A stretch of 61,830 nt of DNA, counting the filler, from Squatina squatina (Eukaryota): NCBI GenBank assembly GCA_031763465.1. It is 4 parts of 4 records of this genome, joined end to end, with 100 filler letters (N's around TTAATTAATTAA, not from the genome) between each part and the next. Parts side by side here need not be neighbours in the genome. Positions count along the whole stretch, not along the records: positions 1 to 14,402 come from JARFOE010000168.1; positions 14,503 to 28,330 come from JARFOE010000203.1; 2 more parts are not named here. One strand, written 5' to 3'. Shown one piece after another: positions 12,886 to 23,630 of the stretch. Below the pieces are notes generated by a model. That model was not told the DNA's origin. It worked only from the letters and a program-made list of their open reading frames with translations, and did not search any database. The translations under genes were made by a program, and so were the position numbers. The first letter of the stretch is position 1. Each line of letters starts with the position of its first letter.

Positions 12886-13827
12886 TCAACAACCACAGGT
12901 TTGTAAACAAACAGAGGAAAGCTGCTTTGCCTCACTATCAAAAGGCCCATTTGGAAGATAGCAGCTTNNNNNNNNNNNNNNNNNNNNNNNNNNNNNNNNN
13001 NNNNNNNNNNNNNNNNNNNNNNNNNNNNNNNNNNNNNNNNNNNNNNNNNNNNNNNNNNNNNNNNNNNNNNNNNNNNNNNNNNNNNNNNNNNNNNNNNNNN
13101 NNNNNNNNNNNNNNNNNNNNNNNNNNNNNNNNNNNNNNNNNNNNNNNNNNNNNNNNNNNNNNNNNNNNNNNNNNNNNNNNNNNNNNNNNNNNNNNNNNNN
13201 NNNNNNNNNNNNNNNNNNNNNNNNNNNNNNNNNNNNNNNNNNNNNNNNNNNNNNNNNNNNNNNNNNNNNNNNNNNNNNNNNNNNNNNNNNNNNNNNNNNN
13301 NNNNNNNNNNNNNNNNNNNNNNNNNNNNNNNNNNNNNNNNNNNNNNNNNNNNNNNNNNNNNNNNNNNNNNNNNNNNNNNNNNNNNNNNNNNNNNNNNNNN
13401 NNNNNNNNNNNNNNNNNNNNNNNNNNNNNNNNNNNNNNNNNNNNNNNNNNNNNNNNNNNNNNNNNNNNNNNNNNNNNNNNNNNNNNNNNNNNNNNNNNNN
13501 NNNNNNNNNNNNNNNNNNNNNNNNNNNNNNNNNNNNNNNNNNNNNNNNNNNNNNNNNNNNNNNNNNNNNNNNNNNNNNNNNNNNNNNNNNNNNNNNNNNN
13601 NNNNNNNNNNNNNNNNNNNATGGAGTCTGCAGGGAAAGGGGCACAAAGTCATCCTGTAGCCATTTCTCCGTGTTGTCCATGGATAACACCAGGCCAAAGT
13701 GATCGAGCTGATCATCTCTGTAAAACGGGGCATCCGTGTCGCTGCTCATTTTCATCGCTGCCTCATTTGTTTCCCTTATCACCAGCCTAACAATCTCTCG
13801 TGCTGATGTGCTGTCTGTGACGTGAAG
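12886..13827 (-). CDS. ANKFN1-like Ras-association (RA) domain exon, probably terminal (652-N gap inside)
   Basis: Acceptor tttctctgcttctag at 13828-29, then LHVTDSTSAREIVRLVIRETNEA…FYRDDQLDHFGLVLSMDNTEKWLQDDFVPLSLQTP. This resembles the Wide-awake RA domain (LHVT..TTAREVV…F.LV….E..L.DDF.PL.LQ.PW). The stop at 12886 assumes the gap preserves frame. Confidence 0.75.
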   Translation of the reverse strand, partial: LHVTDSTSAREIVRLVIRETNEAAMKMSSDTDAPFYRDDQLDHFGLVLSMDNTEKWLQDDFVPLSLQTPXXXXXXXXXXXXXXXXXXXXXXXXXXXXXXXXXXXXXXXXXXXXXXXXXXXXXXXXXXXXXXXXXXXXXXXXXXXXXXXXXXXXXXXXXXXXXXXXXXXXXXXXXXXXXXXXXXXXXXXXXXXXXXXXXXXXXXXXXXXXXXXXXXXXXXXXXXXXXXXXXXXXXXXXXXXXXXXXXXXXXXXXXXXXXXXXXXXXXXXXXXXXXXXXXXXXXXXXXXSCYLPNGPFDSEAKQLSSVCLQTCGC

Positions 13828-14274
13828 CTAGAAGCAGAGAAATACGGCTGGTTAGGAACAAGGACGGTGGAAGTGGGAAGCTGCAAAAAATTATAAGCTT
13901 TAAGTAACCTCATTGGAGTAGAATTTCCAAAAAAAGAGGCTGTGTCTACATCACCACACCGTGCAGTCCAATAATTGGTTGTTTTTAAACAGTTAGCAGC
14001 AATGACACTATCAAAGCAGCAGTGACAGAGTGGGAATACTGCATCAACACACAGAGAGAAACTCCTGACACCGGGGTTCAAATCAATGAAATTCAATTCT
14101 TCTCTGCTCACTGTAGGAGTCCGACATGAATTTAGGTTGAGCAAGCTCAATCCAAATCAGTATAGGCCCACAGCACAAAGCTGGCCCTAATCCAGCACTG
14201 ATTGGCAAACTTATTCAGAGTGCCAAGAGTGCAGCTGGTGTGGGAAATGGGAAATGTCACTGAGTGCAGCTAGG

Positions 14275-14402
14275 GGACAGTGCAGAGGGAGCTTTACTCT
14301 GTATCGAACCCGTGCTGTACCTGTCCTGGGAGTGGTTGATGGGACAGTGTAGAGGGAGCTTTACTCTGTATCTCACCCCGTGCTGTACCTGCCCGGGGAG
14401 TG
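14275..14402. repeat. ~66-bp elasmobranch-type satellite (reverse orientation)
   Basis: About two copies of gggacagtgtagagggagctttactctgtatc…cccgtgctgtacctg at the scaffold end. Confidence 0.8.
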
Positions 14403-14502
14403 NNNNNNNNNNNNNNNNNNNNNNNNNNNNNNNNNNNNNNNNNNNNTTAATTAATTAANNNNNNNNNNNNNNNNNNNNNNNNNNNNNNNNNNNNNNNNNN
14501 NN
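14403..14502. other. Artificial scaffold linker
   Basis: N44-TTAATTAATTAA-N44, giving stops in all six frames. Confidence 0.97.
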
Positions 14503-14720
14503 GATTTTCCCCATCAGAGGAAATAGTGTCTCTATATCTACCCTATTGAATCCTTTTAACATTTTAAGCACCTCGATCAGATGACTGCTCAATCTGCTGT
14601 ACTCGAGGGAATACAAGCCAAGTTTATGCAGAAGATCATGTGGGCTGACCTCGATATCCAAACTGAGAAGCTTCATTATTTGAATTTGTTTTGTTTGTAT
14701 TTCCTTTCAAAATCCTTCAG

Positions 14721-14791
14721 GAAATAAAAGGGAAGAAAAAAATGGTAGAAAATTAATCCAAGAGAAACCAGAAGGCACTATAGAATACAGA
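14721..14791 (+). CDS. OXR1/NCOA7-family exon preceding the LysM domain
   Basis: ccttcag acceptor, AGA|GTAAGT donor; NKREEKNGRKLIQEKPEGTIEYR resembles OXR1/NCOA7 QKP.GT(I/M)EYT. Confidence 0.85.
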
Positions 14792-14878
14792 GTAAGTATT
14801 CTCCAATTTTATCACTTCCTTTGCATGTCTTGATAAGTATGCTATAGATGGAGATGCAGTATGCAATTTTTTTTACAG

Positions 14879-14986
14879 GCAGAAATGGAGGACACGCTGT
14901 GCAGCATAGCCCTGAAGTTCAACAGTACACCAAATAAACTGGTTCAGTTAAACAAGCTTTATTCACAAAGTATTGTTCCTGGGCAG
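14879..14986 (+). CDS. OXR1/NCOA7-family LysM-domain exon
   Basis: AEMEDTLCSIALKFNSTPNKLVQLNKLYSQSIVPGQ vs NCOA7 AGNQDTLNSIALKFNITPNKLVELNKLFTHTIVPGQ; canonical splice sites and an 87-nt intron from the previous exon. Confidence 0.92.
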
Positions 14987-15939
14987 GTATGTGAATGTTT
15001 AATAACAAAAAGAAGAACTGTATNNNNNNNNNNTATATCCTATAATTCCCCAAAAAGGAGCAGGAACTATTGAAAGTACACAGTGGATTAGTCAGTATCT
15101 AATCGAGTAAAATAGGCTAATATTTCCAGTGAGACATTAAGGGATCTATTTCTAGTATTTTAATGTGAGTGCATAATAGTGGAGAAAGCATCTGTAATAA
15201 ATTTCCATACCTACCTAATCTATTACTGTTCAGACACAGCCTTTATCCAATCCCAGCTCCCAAATATATGTTGCTCCTTTATTTTAAATATGATGAGCGC
15301 ACTGCATTAAATTAGAGTTTAAATTTAAATAGCTTCAGTTCTGTACATTAAAATCTAGATTCCGATGCGCTATCAGGCTGTTTGTGCACGCACACCCACT
15401 ATTATTAATTGTAGCTATGGCTAGCTACAGAGGTTGTGGAATGTGGAGTTAATGATTGAAGCGGAGACCATGTCAACTTTTAAGAATGTTAGATCGGTGG
15501 TTGAAGGAAAAGGGAATAAAGGGATATGGGAACAGAGTGGGTACATAGAATTAGGACTACTCCTGACATGGAGGATTAAAACCAACATGTACAGGTTGGA
15601 CCGATTGGCCTGTTTTTATTTTGTAATTTCTATGTAATTCTAAATTTGCAAGTGTCTACAGTTAAAAGTGCCAAGTGGATGATAATGCTCGAGAGCCCCA
15701 CTATCACAGCTATCCAGCCATTTCAGTTCACTCCATGTAACATTACTAACCGGCTGACTACATTTGACACAGCAAACGTTAATGGCGTTGACAACATTCA
15801 GCTGCAATGCTGAAGACCTGTACACTGTAGCTAACTGCTNNNNNNNNNNNNNNNNNNNNNNNNNNNNNNNNNNNNNNNNNNNNNNNNNNNNNNNNNNNNN
15901 NNNNNNNNNNNNNNNNNNNNNNNNNNNNNNNNNNNNNNN

Positions 15940-16238
15940 CCCATACAATGGATGGAGATGAGCGTTCCCTGCCCACTGCCCCATACAATGGATGGAGATG
16001 AGCGTTCCCTGCCCACTGCCCCATACAATGGATGGAGATGAGCGTTCCCTGCCCACTGCCCCATACAATGGATGGAGATGAGCGTTCCCTGCCCACAGCC
16101 CCATACAATGGATGGAGATGAGCGTTCCCTGCCCACTGCCCCATACAATGGATGGCGTCGAGCATTCCCTGCCCACTGCCCCATACAATGGATGGCGTCG
16201 AGCGTTCCCTGCCCACTGCCCCATACAATGGATGGAGA
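15940..16238. repeat. 40-bp minisatellite (cccatacaatggatggagatgagcgttccctgcccactgc), about 7.5 visible copies
   Basis: Near-identical direct tandem units; the array continues into a gap. Confidence 0.95.
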
Positions 16239-17588
16239 AGAGCAAAGAGCTCCCTCCAGGCCATAAACTGGCAAAACTCACCAGGATTCAAATGGCAGTC
16301 CACACTGCAATTCAAACTTTAGTTTTGTGTCCACCAGGCTGCTGGTGGTGCTATTGGACCATTGCTCACAAATACAAGAGAATTTCCACTGAATTGCAGT
16401 TTCACAACCCACGTTCCTACCAGAAGGATACTGCACTGAAATCATTACATAATAAAAGTTACAAACATTTTGTGACTGAAGGATGACCATAACTAGGAAA
16501 TGGCTGTAATTCTGATGAAAAATAACTTTAAACCATTCTATTTTGTAAGACAGGTTTTACATACGAAATATGAATGTACCGAGTGCTACCCATTACTGCC
16601 AAAGCTTAGTTGAAAACCAGTCTTCATAACACACAATAATGCCTCTAACTGAGGTGGCTCGATTCTGGACAACGCAAAGGGAGACTATCTAGTGGGATAG
16701 TGACAGTAATTATTGGTGCATCATCATACAGTTTAAATAACCCCAAAAATTCATTTTGACTTCAGAAGCTGAGCCACATTACTGTGTGCAGGGTGGGAAA
16801 GGAGGAAGAGCAGGGAATTACATTACCTCTCTTCCTTGTGGCACTGGAGGGTAAAACCTGTTGTTGGAGAGATACCCTGTAAAGATGGTCAGCTCACTGG
16901 GGATCACCCACCATGTATCGCCCAGCTCTAGCTTATTCTTCAGAGGAAGAAAGGCTTTAAACAGGCTGGTACTAAACACACTGGAAGGTGATTCTGCAGA
17001 CTTCCAGTTCCTGAGTCCTGACAGAGAGCCATGGGAGACCTGAAACAAAGGAAAATGTAGGATTCTCTTACTTTTCTCTTAAAAGCACAATATTCCGCGA
17101 ACAATTCTGGCCAATATTTATCCCCTCAATCAACATCACTAAAACAGATTATCTGGTCATCATCACATTGCTGTTTGTGGGAGCTTGCTGTGCGCAAATN
17201 NNNNNNNNNNNNNNNNNNNNNNNNNNNNNNNNNNNNNNNNNNNNNNNNNNNNNNNNNNNNNNNNNNNNNNNNNNNNNNNNNNNNNNNNNNNNNNNNNNNT
17301 GCCAACTCTGACACACCGCTTCCCTGTTTACATTAACTATTGATGTGCTCAAATATCTTGTGCTGGGTTTTCTTGCGGTTTTGATTGCCATTCCTACCAG
17401 TGCTGCTCTGAATTTGGCCAGTGGAAGGACTTCCAACACATTTGGCTGTCTAGCGTTTGTATAACTTGCTAGTTGACTATGCTTTAAAATGTTTGCGTAT
17501 CTGCAATTGTAGATTGGAGAAATGCTCTTATTGGGCAGCTAATTTGGCATTTGAGTCCTTCAATAACTGGCTCTTTTTTCCACCGCAG

Positions 17589-17730
17589 ATCTTGGTACAA
17601 TATGGTGAGAAGTGCAGAACTTCTGACGAGCTCCTGCCGTTATTGGAGGTCTATCGGATTTCTATCCAGAGCTACACCAGCGCAAGGCCTTACCTTACCA
17701 CGGAGTGTGCTCATATTAATTTTGTACTTG
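17589..17730 (+). CDS. RLF: RLF zinc-finger protein, early exon (3' end lies in a 10-N gap)
   Basis: ILVQYGEKCRTSDELLPLLEVYRISIQSYTSARPYLTTEC matches RLF/ZNF292 LLEVY..AIQS…ARPYLT.EC; ttttttccaccgcag acceptor. Confidence 0.85.
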
Positions 17731-19333
17731 NNNNNNNNNNAGCATTTTTTTCGAAGAAATTGGAGCCTAAAGTTTTCTTTTTCTAAAGTAAAGGAAATCT
17801 GCTTGGAATTATTTATTCTTTACCTTCTTGATTGATCAGCTAGTTTTGTGGGCCACGATGAGATTTGATCTGTGGTAAAAATGTTTACTGCAGAAGGATT
17901 TGTGCAGTACTCCTTGTATGTCATTTGTAACTGCTAAATGCACATTGGGTCTGCAGATTCATACATCAACGTGCATAGTTTGAGGAAATTAACTACCTTC
18001 ATTAACCACCTAAATTGCATTTCATAAAAAGCGTTGGGTCTGTGGTATTTTGGTAGTGCANNNNNNNNNNNNNNNNNNNNNNNNNNNNNNNNNNNNNNNN
18101 NNNNNNNNNNNNNNNNNNNNNNNNNNNNNNNNNNNNNNNNNNNNNNNNNNNNNNNNNNNNAAGTTATCCAATCTGAAGTAAGTAACCAGTTGATTTCTTG
18201 GAGTTGAAAATTTTATTGGAATACTGTTGACATTTAGTAACAATTTTTCTTATAGTGCTAGTACCTGTGCCTTACTATTGATTTGAAAATGAACTCATTA
18301 AAGTACTTGCTATTCCAGTTACTTCATAAAAATATCTTAATCATACTCTGTTGCCCCGTGTTAATGTAGTTTTGGCATACTTCTGTAGTCAGTGCTGTTC
18401 TTTTATAAATTTGAAATTGGATATGGATTTGTTAATGTGCCTTGACCCAAAGCATTTCAAATATCATTTACTCCAATGCCATCTTAAATTTGATATTGGC
18501 GCACACTGGTAAACCGGTCCAGTGACCTTTATAAAATCAGGAGAGACAACATGCACTCTTAGCTACTATATCCTGTCACCTAATTGAAGCTGAACGGGCT
18601 TGTGATGGCTGAAGACGTTGTGAAGATATTCTGTAGTCCACTAACACTGTAGGATAGGCTTTTTCCAGCCAATAGATATTGATCACATTTTGGAGTGTGC
18701 CTTTGTGATTAATTTCCAACAGCTGTCTGTCAATACTGTTTTCTTTGGGGAAATACTTTCCTTCTAACTTTTCTCATTTTGTAAGCTCTGTCCCTTCAGT
18801 GACACCATGATGCATGCACATTCCTCCTCCTGTCCCTGCCTATGCCCCTCTTCCCCCTGCCACCTTAAAATACCTGCTGTGTACTATCTGGGTCTTTTCT
18901 TCCTCTGGAGAGTTGCTTCCCAAGTAGACCAGGTGATTCCCTATGCTATGATTTCAGGATGTATAGTATTGGTATACCAATATGTTGAACAGTCCCTCTT
19001 ATTGTGATTTTAAATGCTGTACTTAAGAAAATTACACATTATAAAAGCTCGTAGTCTGTAGGGCATCATAAGCATCTGCTGAGAAGGTGGTCAGCTGGGA
19101 AAGCACAGCGTGACGAGTTGTTTTCTTCTCCACCTCCAACTGAAGCACTGTTTTCTTTCAGTGACTGTCAAAATAAGAGACTAATGTGGGGAAATTGGTG
19201 AGAGGTATATTCTTGACTCGTGCACAAGGCTTTTAAGTCCATTTTAGTTAAAGTATTACCAGAAGACCCTAACGTGGTACACATTTCTTAAGACAGGAAA
19301 GAAACATAACTTTTTTTCCCATTTGTTTTGCAG

Positions 19334-20991
19334 GCAGAAGGAGCTGGTCTCCCCATTTCTATTGAACTGTGTGTAGGAGCCCTTCGTATNNNNNNNNNNN
19401 NNNNNNNNNNNNNNNNNNNNNNNNNNNNNNNNNNNNNNNNNNNNNNNNNNNNNNNNNNNNNNNNNNNNNNNNNNNNNNNNNNNNNNNNNNNNNNNNNNNN
19501 NNNNNNNNNNNNNNNNNCATACCGTGAAGTGGAAAAGCTGTATAAGCAGCCTGATCAAAAATATGATGAGGAAAATGGCCCTATTCCCAATTCATTACAC
19601 TGTGAACTTTTGTTGGCGTTGAAAGCCCACTGGCCTTTTGATCCAGAGTTTTGGGATTGGAAAACTTTAAAACGTCATTGCCGGGGGCATCTGGGAGACA
19701 AAGCTGTTGAGATTTCAGAAGATGAACTTAGTGAAGATGAATTAGATGGTAATGAACTCTTTGATCAGATGAGTAAAATCCCTGAGACAATGAATGATGG
19801 AAGAGAGAAAGATGGAGAAGCGCTTAATAAAAAGAAAGAAAAGGTTATGTCTGAGAGATACTATAGATGGCTTCAAAATATGTTCTTCTGTGTACTGTGC
19901 AAGAAAGACTATGTTGTAGCTAGAATTGTACACCATGCAAAGACGCACATTAGAGACGGAATATTTTCTTGCCCTGTTTGTGCAAAAAAGTTTAAGAAAA
20001 AGGAACAGTTTACCCCACATGTAAAGGAACATATTAAAAAACCGAAGCGAGAGAAAAAACAGAAAAAGAAATCAGAAGCAGCTGGAAAATCTTTGCTACC
20101 TTCATTAAATGTGAGTGCTCCTCCTAAGCAACAACCTGCAGTAGATGAAGCGAAAGGATTGGTTAAAAAAGAGGTTGAGGAAAATGACTACATAATCTTC
20201 AGCGGAACTGACTCGGTGGAGGAAGAACAAGGTGATGTGTCCAAGCCGAAAGCGGATGGAACCGTTGTATCACAGTGGACAGAAAGTTATCCATGCCCAG
20301 GNNNNNNNNNNNNNNNNNNNNNNNNNNNNNNNNNNNNNNNNNNNNNNNNNNNNNNNNNNNNNNNNNNNNNNNNNNNNNNNNNNNNNNNNNNNNNNNNNNN
20401 NCCCAGGAACAGATTGCTCGAGGTCATTTAAATACTACAAAAACCTCACTGCCCACTTGAAAAATGATCACTTGGACAATGATGAAAATGTAAAGCACTT
20501 CCTTGAAATGAATAACAGGAAGGCGCTGTGTAAATACTGCCGGCGCCATTTTGTCAGTGACTACCACCTTAAAGCCCATTTAAAAGTACACTCTGGATTG
20601 CAGCCCTATATTTGCATTCAGATGAACTGTAATGCAAGCTTTCAGGCCTTTGCTGATCTAGTGAAGCACAGAAAACAACACAAAGAATTCAGGTCCAAAT
20701 GTACATTTAAAGGTTGCAACAAGGTGTTCAGTGGGTCTTGCTTGTTGTATCATCATGAAGCACAGCATTACAGGGAAGCGGCCTATTCCTGCAATTTAGC
20801 TGGCTGTAAGAAATTCTACTTTTCCAAAAGTGAATTTCAGAATCATCTGCAAACACATGGCATAATGAGACTGGAAGATTTTGATGCCAAATTTCTGAAA
20901 AAAGAAAGCGACTCCACAGAAGGCCTGGTCGATGATGGTCCTAAGCTGGTGACTGTGCAGGACAAGCTCTGTCCAGTGGTTGACAGTTCCA
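19334..20991 (+). CDS. RLF: RLF large exon, 5' part (conserved domain and C2H2 fingers; contains gaps)
   Basis: Acceptor at 19332-33; AEGAGLPISIELCVGALR; PNSLHCELLLALKAHWPFDPEFWDWKTLKRHC (RLF-type KRHC); multiple C2H2 fingers. Confidence 0.93.
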
Positions 20992-21091
20992 NNNNNNNNN
21001 NNNNNNNNNNNNNNNNNNNNNNNNNNNNNNNNNNNNNNNNNNNNNNNNNNNNNNNNNNNNNNNNNNNNNNNNNNNNNNNNNNNNNNNNNNN

Positions 21092-21280
21092 AAGCACACC
21101 GCTAGATGTGCAGTGTATTCCGGGTATACTGGCACACTATTAGAAGTACAGTTTATTCCAGGTACACTGGCACACTATTAGATATACAGCCTAGAGTCTA
21201 GTCCAGGTATACTGGCACACTATTAGATGTACAGTCTATTCCAGGTATACAAGCACTGTTAGATGTACAGTCTAGTCCAG
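21092..21280. repeat. 36/38-bp tandem repeat (ccaggtatactggcacactattagatgtacagtctatt) abutting RLF coding sequence
   Basis: About five diverged units are directly visible. Confidence 0.85.
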
Positions 21281-21795
21281 GTGGTTCTTATTGCCCAGAG
21301 GGACTCGCCACTACTACTGCAGATTCAGGTTTTGTCAGCAAGAGTCGGTCTGGATATGGTAATCTGCAGGGTGTTTATTCTGAAAATCTGCTTGTACCCT
21401 TAGAAAAGTTGGCATCATTTAAAGAGCTAAGTGACATTGAGGATATGATGAAAGCAGCTACCCTTCATCCAGAAATTAACAGGAGCCTGGCTAAGCACAG
21501 AATTACAACTAGTGTTGGGGAGAGTTTGGCAGACTTAAATAAGCTTGTTTGTGGGATAGATGGCTGTATTATGATGTATGCCTTGACAAAGGACCTGAAG
21601 AAACACATTAAGATGGCTCATCCAAACTACTACAAGGCTAAGAGACGGATCGGTAAACATCGAGATGTTCTGAAAGGTTCTGTAGCAAATCAAGTCAAAG
21701 TTAAAACTGAAATGGGACAGCGGGCTTTTGCACCAGAGCTTGCATTACAGGGACAGGAAGGCCAATCTGCTGTACCTGTGACTGATGTACAATGA
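21281..21795 (+). CDS. RLF: RLF middle segment with one C2H2 finger (boundaries uncertain)
   Basis: Frame open 21202-21795; LVCGIDGCIMMYALTKDLKKHIKMAHPNYY finger. The 3' end runs into an antisense CR1 fragment (~21778-21832). Confidence 0.65.
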
Positions 21796-22960
21796 CAGAG
21801 AGGTCTCGTTGCACCTCCCCTTTTCCTAATCGNNNNNNNNNNNNNNNNNNNNNNNNNNNNNNNNNNNNNNNNNNNNNNNNNNNNNNNNNNNNNNNNNNNN
21901 NNNNNNNNNNNNNNNNNNNNNNNNNNNNNNNNTTGAGGACCATTCTAATTTTATCTGCACGTGGTTTATTGAGCGTGGCACAAAAACAAAACAAGCTGAT
22001 ATCACCCAAAATAGGCCAACAGTCTCAATCTATAATTACCTTTCAAAAAGGTACAGGGATAAGTTTTTTTTTAAGTAAAATTATATTCTTATGAATAGAT
22101 TTTTTTTGAATAAAACAACAACATTTGCATAGGTGTTTATTTTTAAATGATAAAATAAAATGTTGGGAAAGAGTTAAATTGTGCTTGCTTGATATTGTCA
22201 GTATACTGTAGTCAATTGGTAAAGCCCCCACCCATGGGGAACAGGGACACATAGCACTTGGCAATATAATACACAGCCCTGGATTTAGAGTAAAAATGGC
22301 AAAATGGAGACAAGAGCTCAGGTATCTTATTAATTTTTTTTTTTATAAAGAGGTTGGAAGAGGAAAATAGCCCTCCTGGGAGGAAAATGTACTTATAAGT
22401 TGGAGGTGGGTTATAAAAGGACTAGTTCCAGTCCCACAAGAATCCTTTGAATAAAATGGAGGCTGAGTGACTGAACGTCACTCTCGCTAGAGATGGCAGT
22501 GGCTGCTGTCGGTTAGTTATAAGTCCAGGCTTTGAACTGGATCGTGTGGAATGGAGATGTGAAGGCATAGGACAGAAAGGGGAGGGCATGGAAGACAGAG
22601 TTACAGAGAGACATACAGACACTGGGGAAAAAAGCAATGAAAATCAAGTTTGAGGATTTGAATAGATTGAGAAAGAGATCAAAGCATTATCGCTTTCTGT
22701 CTCTGCCATTCACAAATAATAAAAGAAAACCTTTGATAATGGTAGGGACTTAAAAAAAAAAATTGGCAAATTAAGCATGCCAGCATTTATAATTGTCGTT
22801 GACATACACGGTAAAGATTTGGTATGAAGATGTAGAGAAGGAACTGGGGCTTTACTTTTTTGTCAATATAAGCGCAGTATCACTATAAACAAGTTTTACA
22901 TAAGTGGGTAGGACTATATATGTAATATAAAACTTTCGAAAGTAGTTTTGGTTTGTTCAG

Positions 22961-23422
22961 AGAATACAATGAATGAGTCCTTCACTACTGAAGTAGAATG
23001 TTCTGAATCTGCGGAATCTTTAAAATCTGAGGAGATGCGTTTGAATGGCAGCATGGAATCTAGTTGTATGATGCCAGATAGCGCAGACGATTCAGAATCC
23101 AAGGAAGAAGGTAGAGGAAGCCGAAGAATTGGTGCTAAAAGTAACTTGTGTTACATGTTGAATAAATACCACAAACCTTACCACTGCATTCACAAGGGCT
23201 GCTCTGCGGCTTTCACTGGCCAGCCCAATCTGATACGGCATTACCAGACTGTGCATCAGTACAACCGGGAACAGATGTGTTTAGAAGAAGATCGAGGCAA
23301 CACCAAGAAAGACAATACCAAAGTGAAGAAAATCTTCAAGTGCAAGTTTGAAGGTTGCACCAAACGCTTCCAATATCCAAGAGTGCTTTTGAGACACTAC
23401 AGTGAAATCCACAAGCTCGCAG
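22961..23422 (+). CDS. RLF: RLF segment with C2H2 fingers
   Basis: SNLCYMLNKYHKPYHCIHKGCSAAFTGQPNLIRHYQTVHQYNREQMCLE is RLF-like; candidate acceptor tttggtttgttcag at 22959-60. Confidence 0.85.
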
Positions 23423-23630
23423 NNNNNNNNNNNNNNNNNNNNNNNNNNNNNNNNNNNNNNNNNNNNNNNNNNNNNNNNNNNNNNNNNNNNNNNNNNNNNN
23501 NNNNNNNNNNNNNNNNNNNNNNTACTTACCTTGCTCACTGCCAACCTGCCCGATCTTGAGGCCTCAATCCAGCCAGGTGCATCAGGACGCCTGTTTGGGA
23601 CTTCCCAGGTCACCTATCAAATTTAAATGA

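Noticed and set aside
12876-13790. Long ORFs spanning N runs (here on +, and at 24201-24929, 60660-61112 and others)
   Set aside because: Their length comes from N gaps.
1-14402. A noggin gene, expected near ANKFN1-family loci
   Set aside because: I found no noggin-like cysteine-knot ORF in the visible sequence.
14447-14458. TTAATTAATTAA palindrome (also at 28375 and 46059) as a biological motif
   Set aside because: Identical N44 flanks show an artificial concatenation linker, so no synteny can be inferred across it.
15940-16238. CRISPR-like array or repeat protein
   Set aside because: No unique spacers, eukaryotic context, and a unit length that is not a multiple of three.
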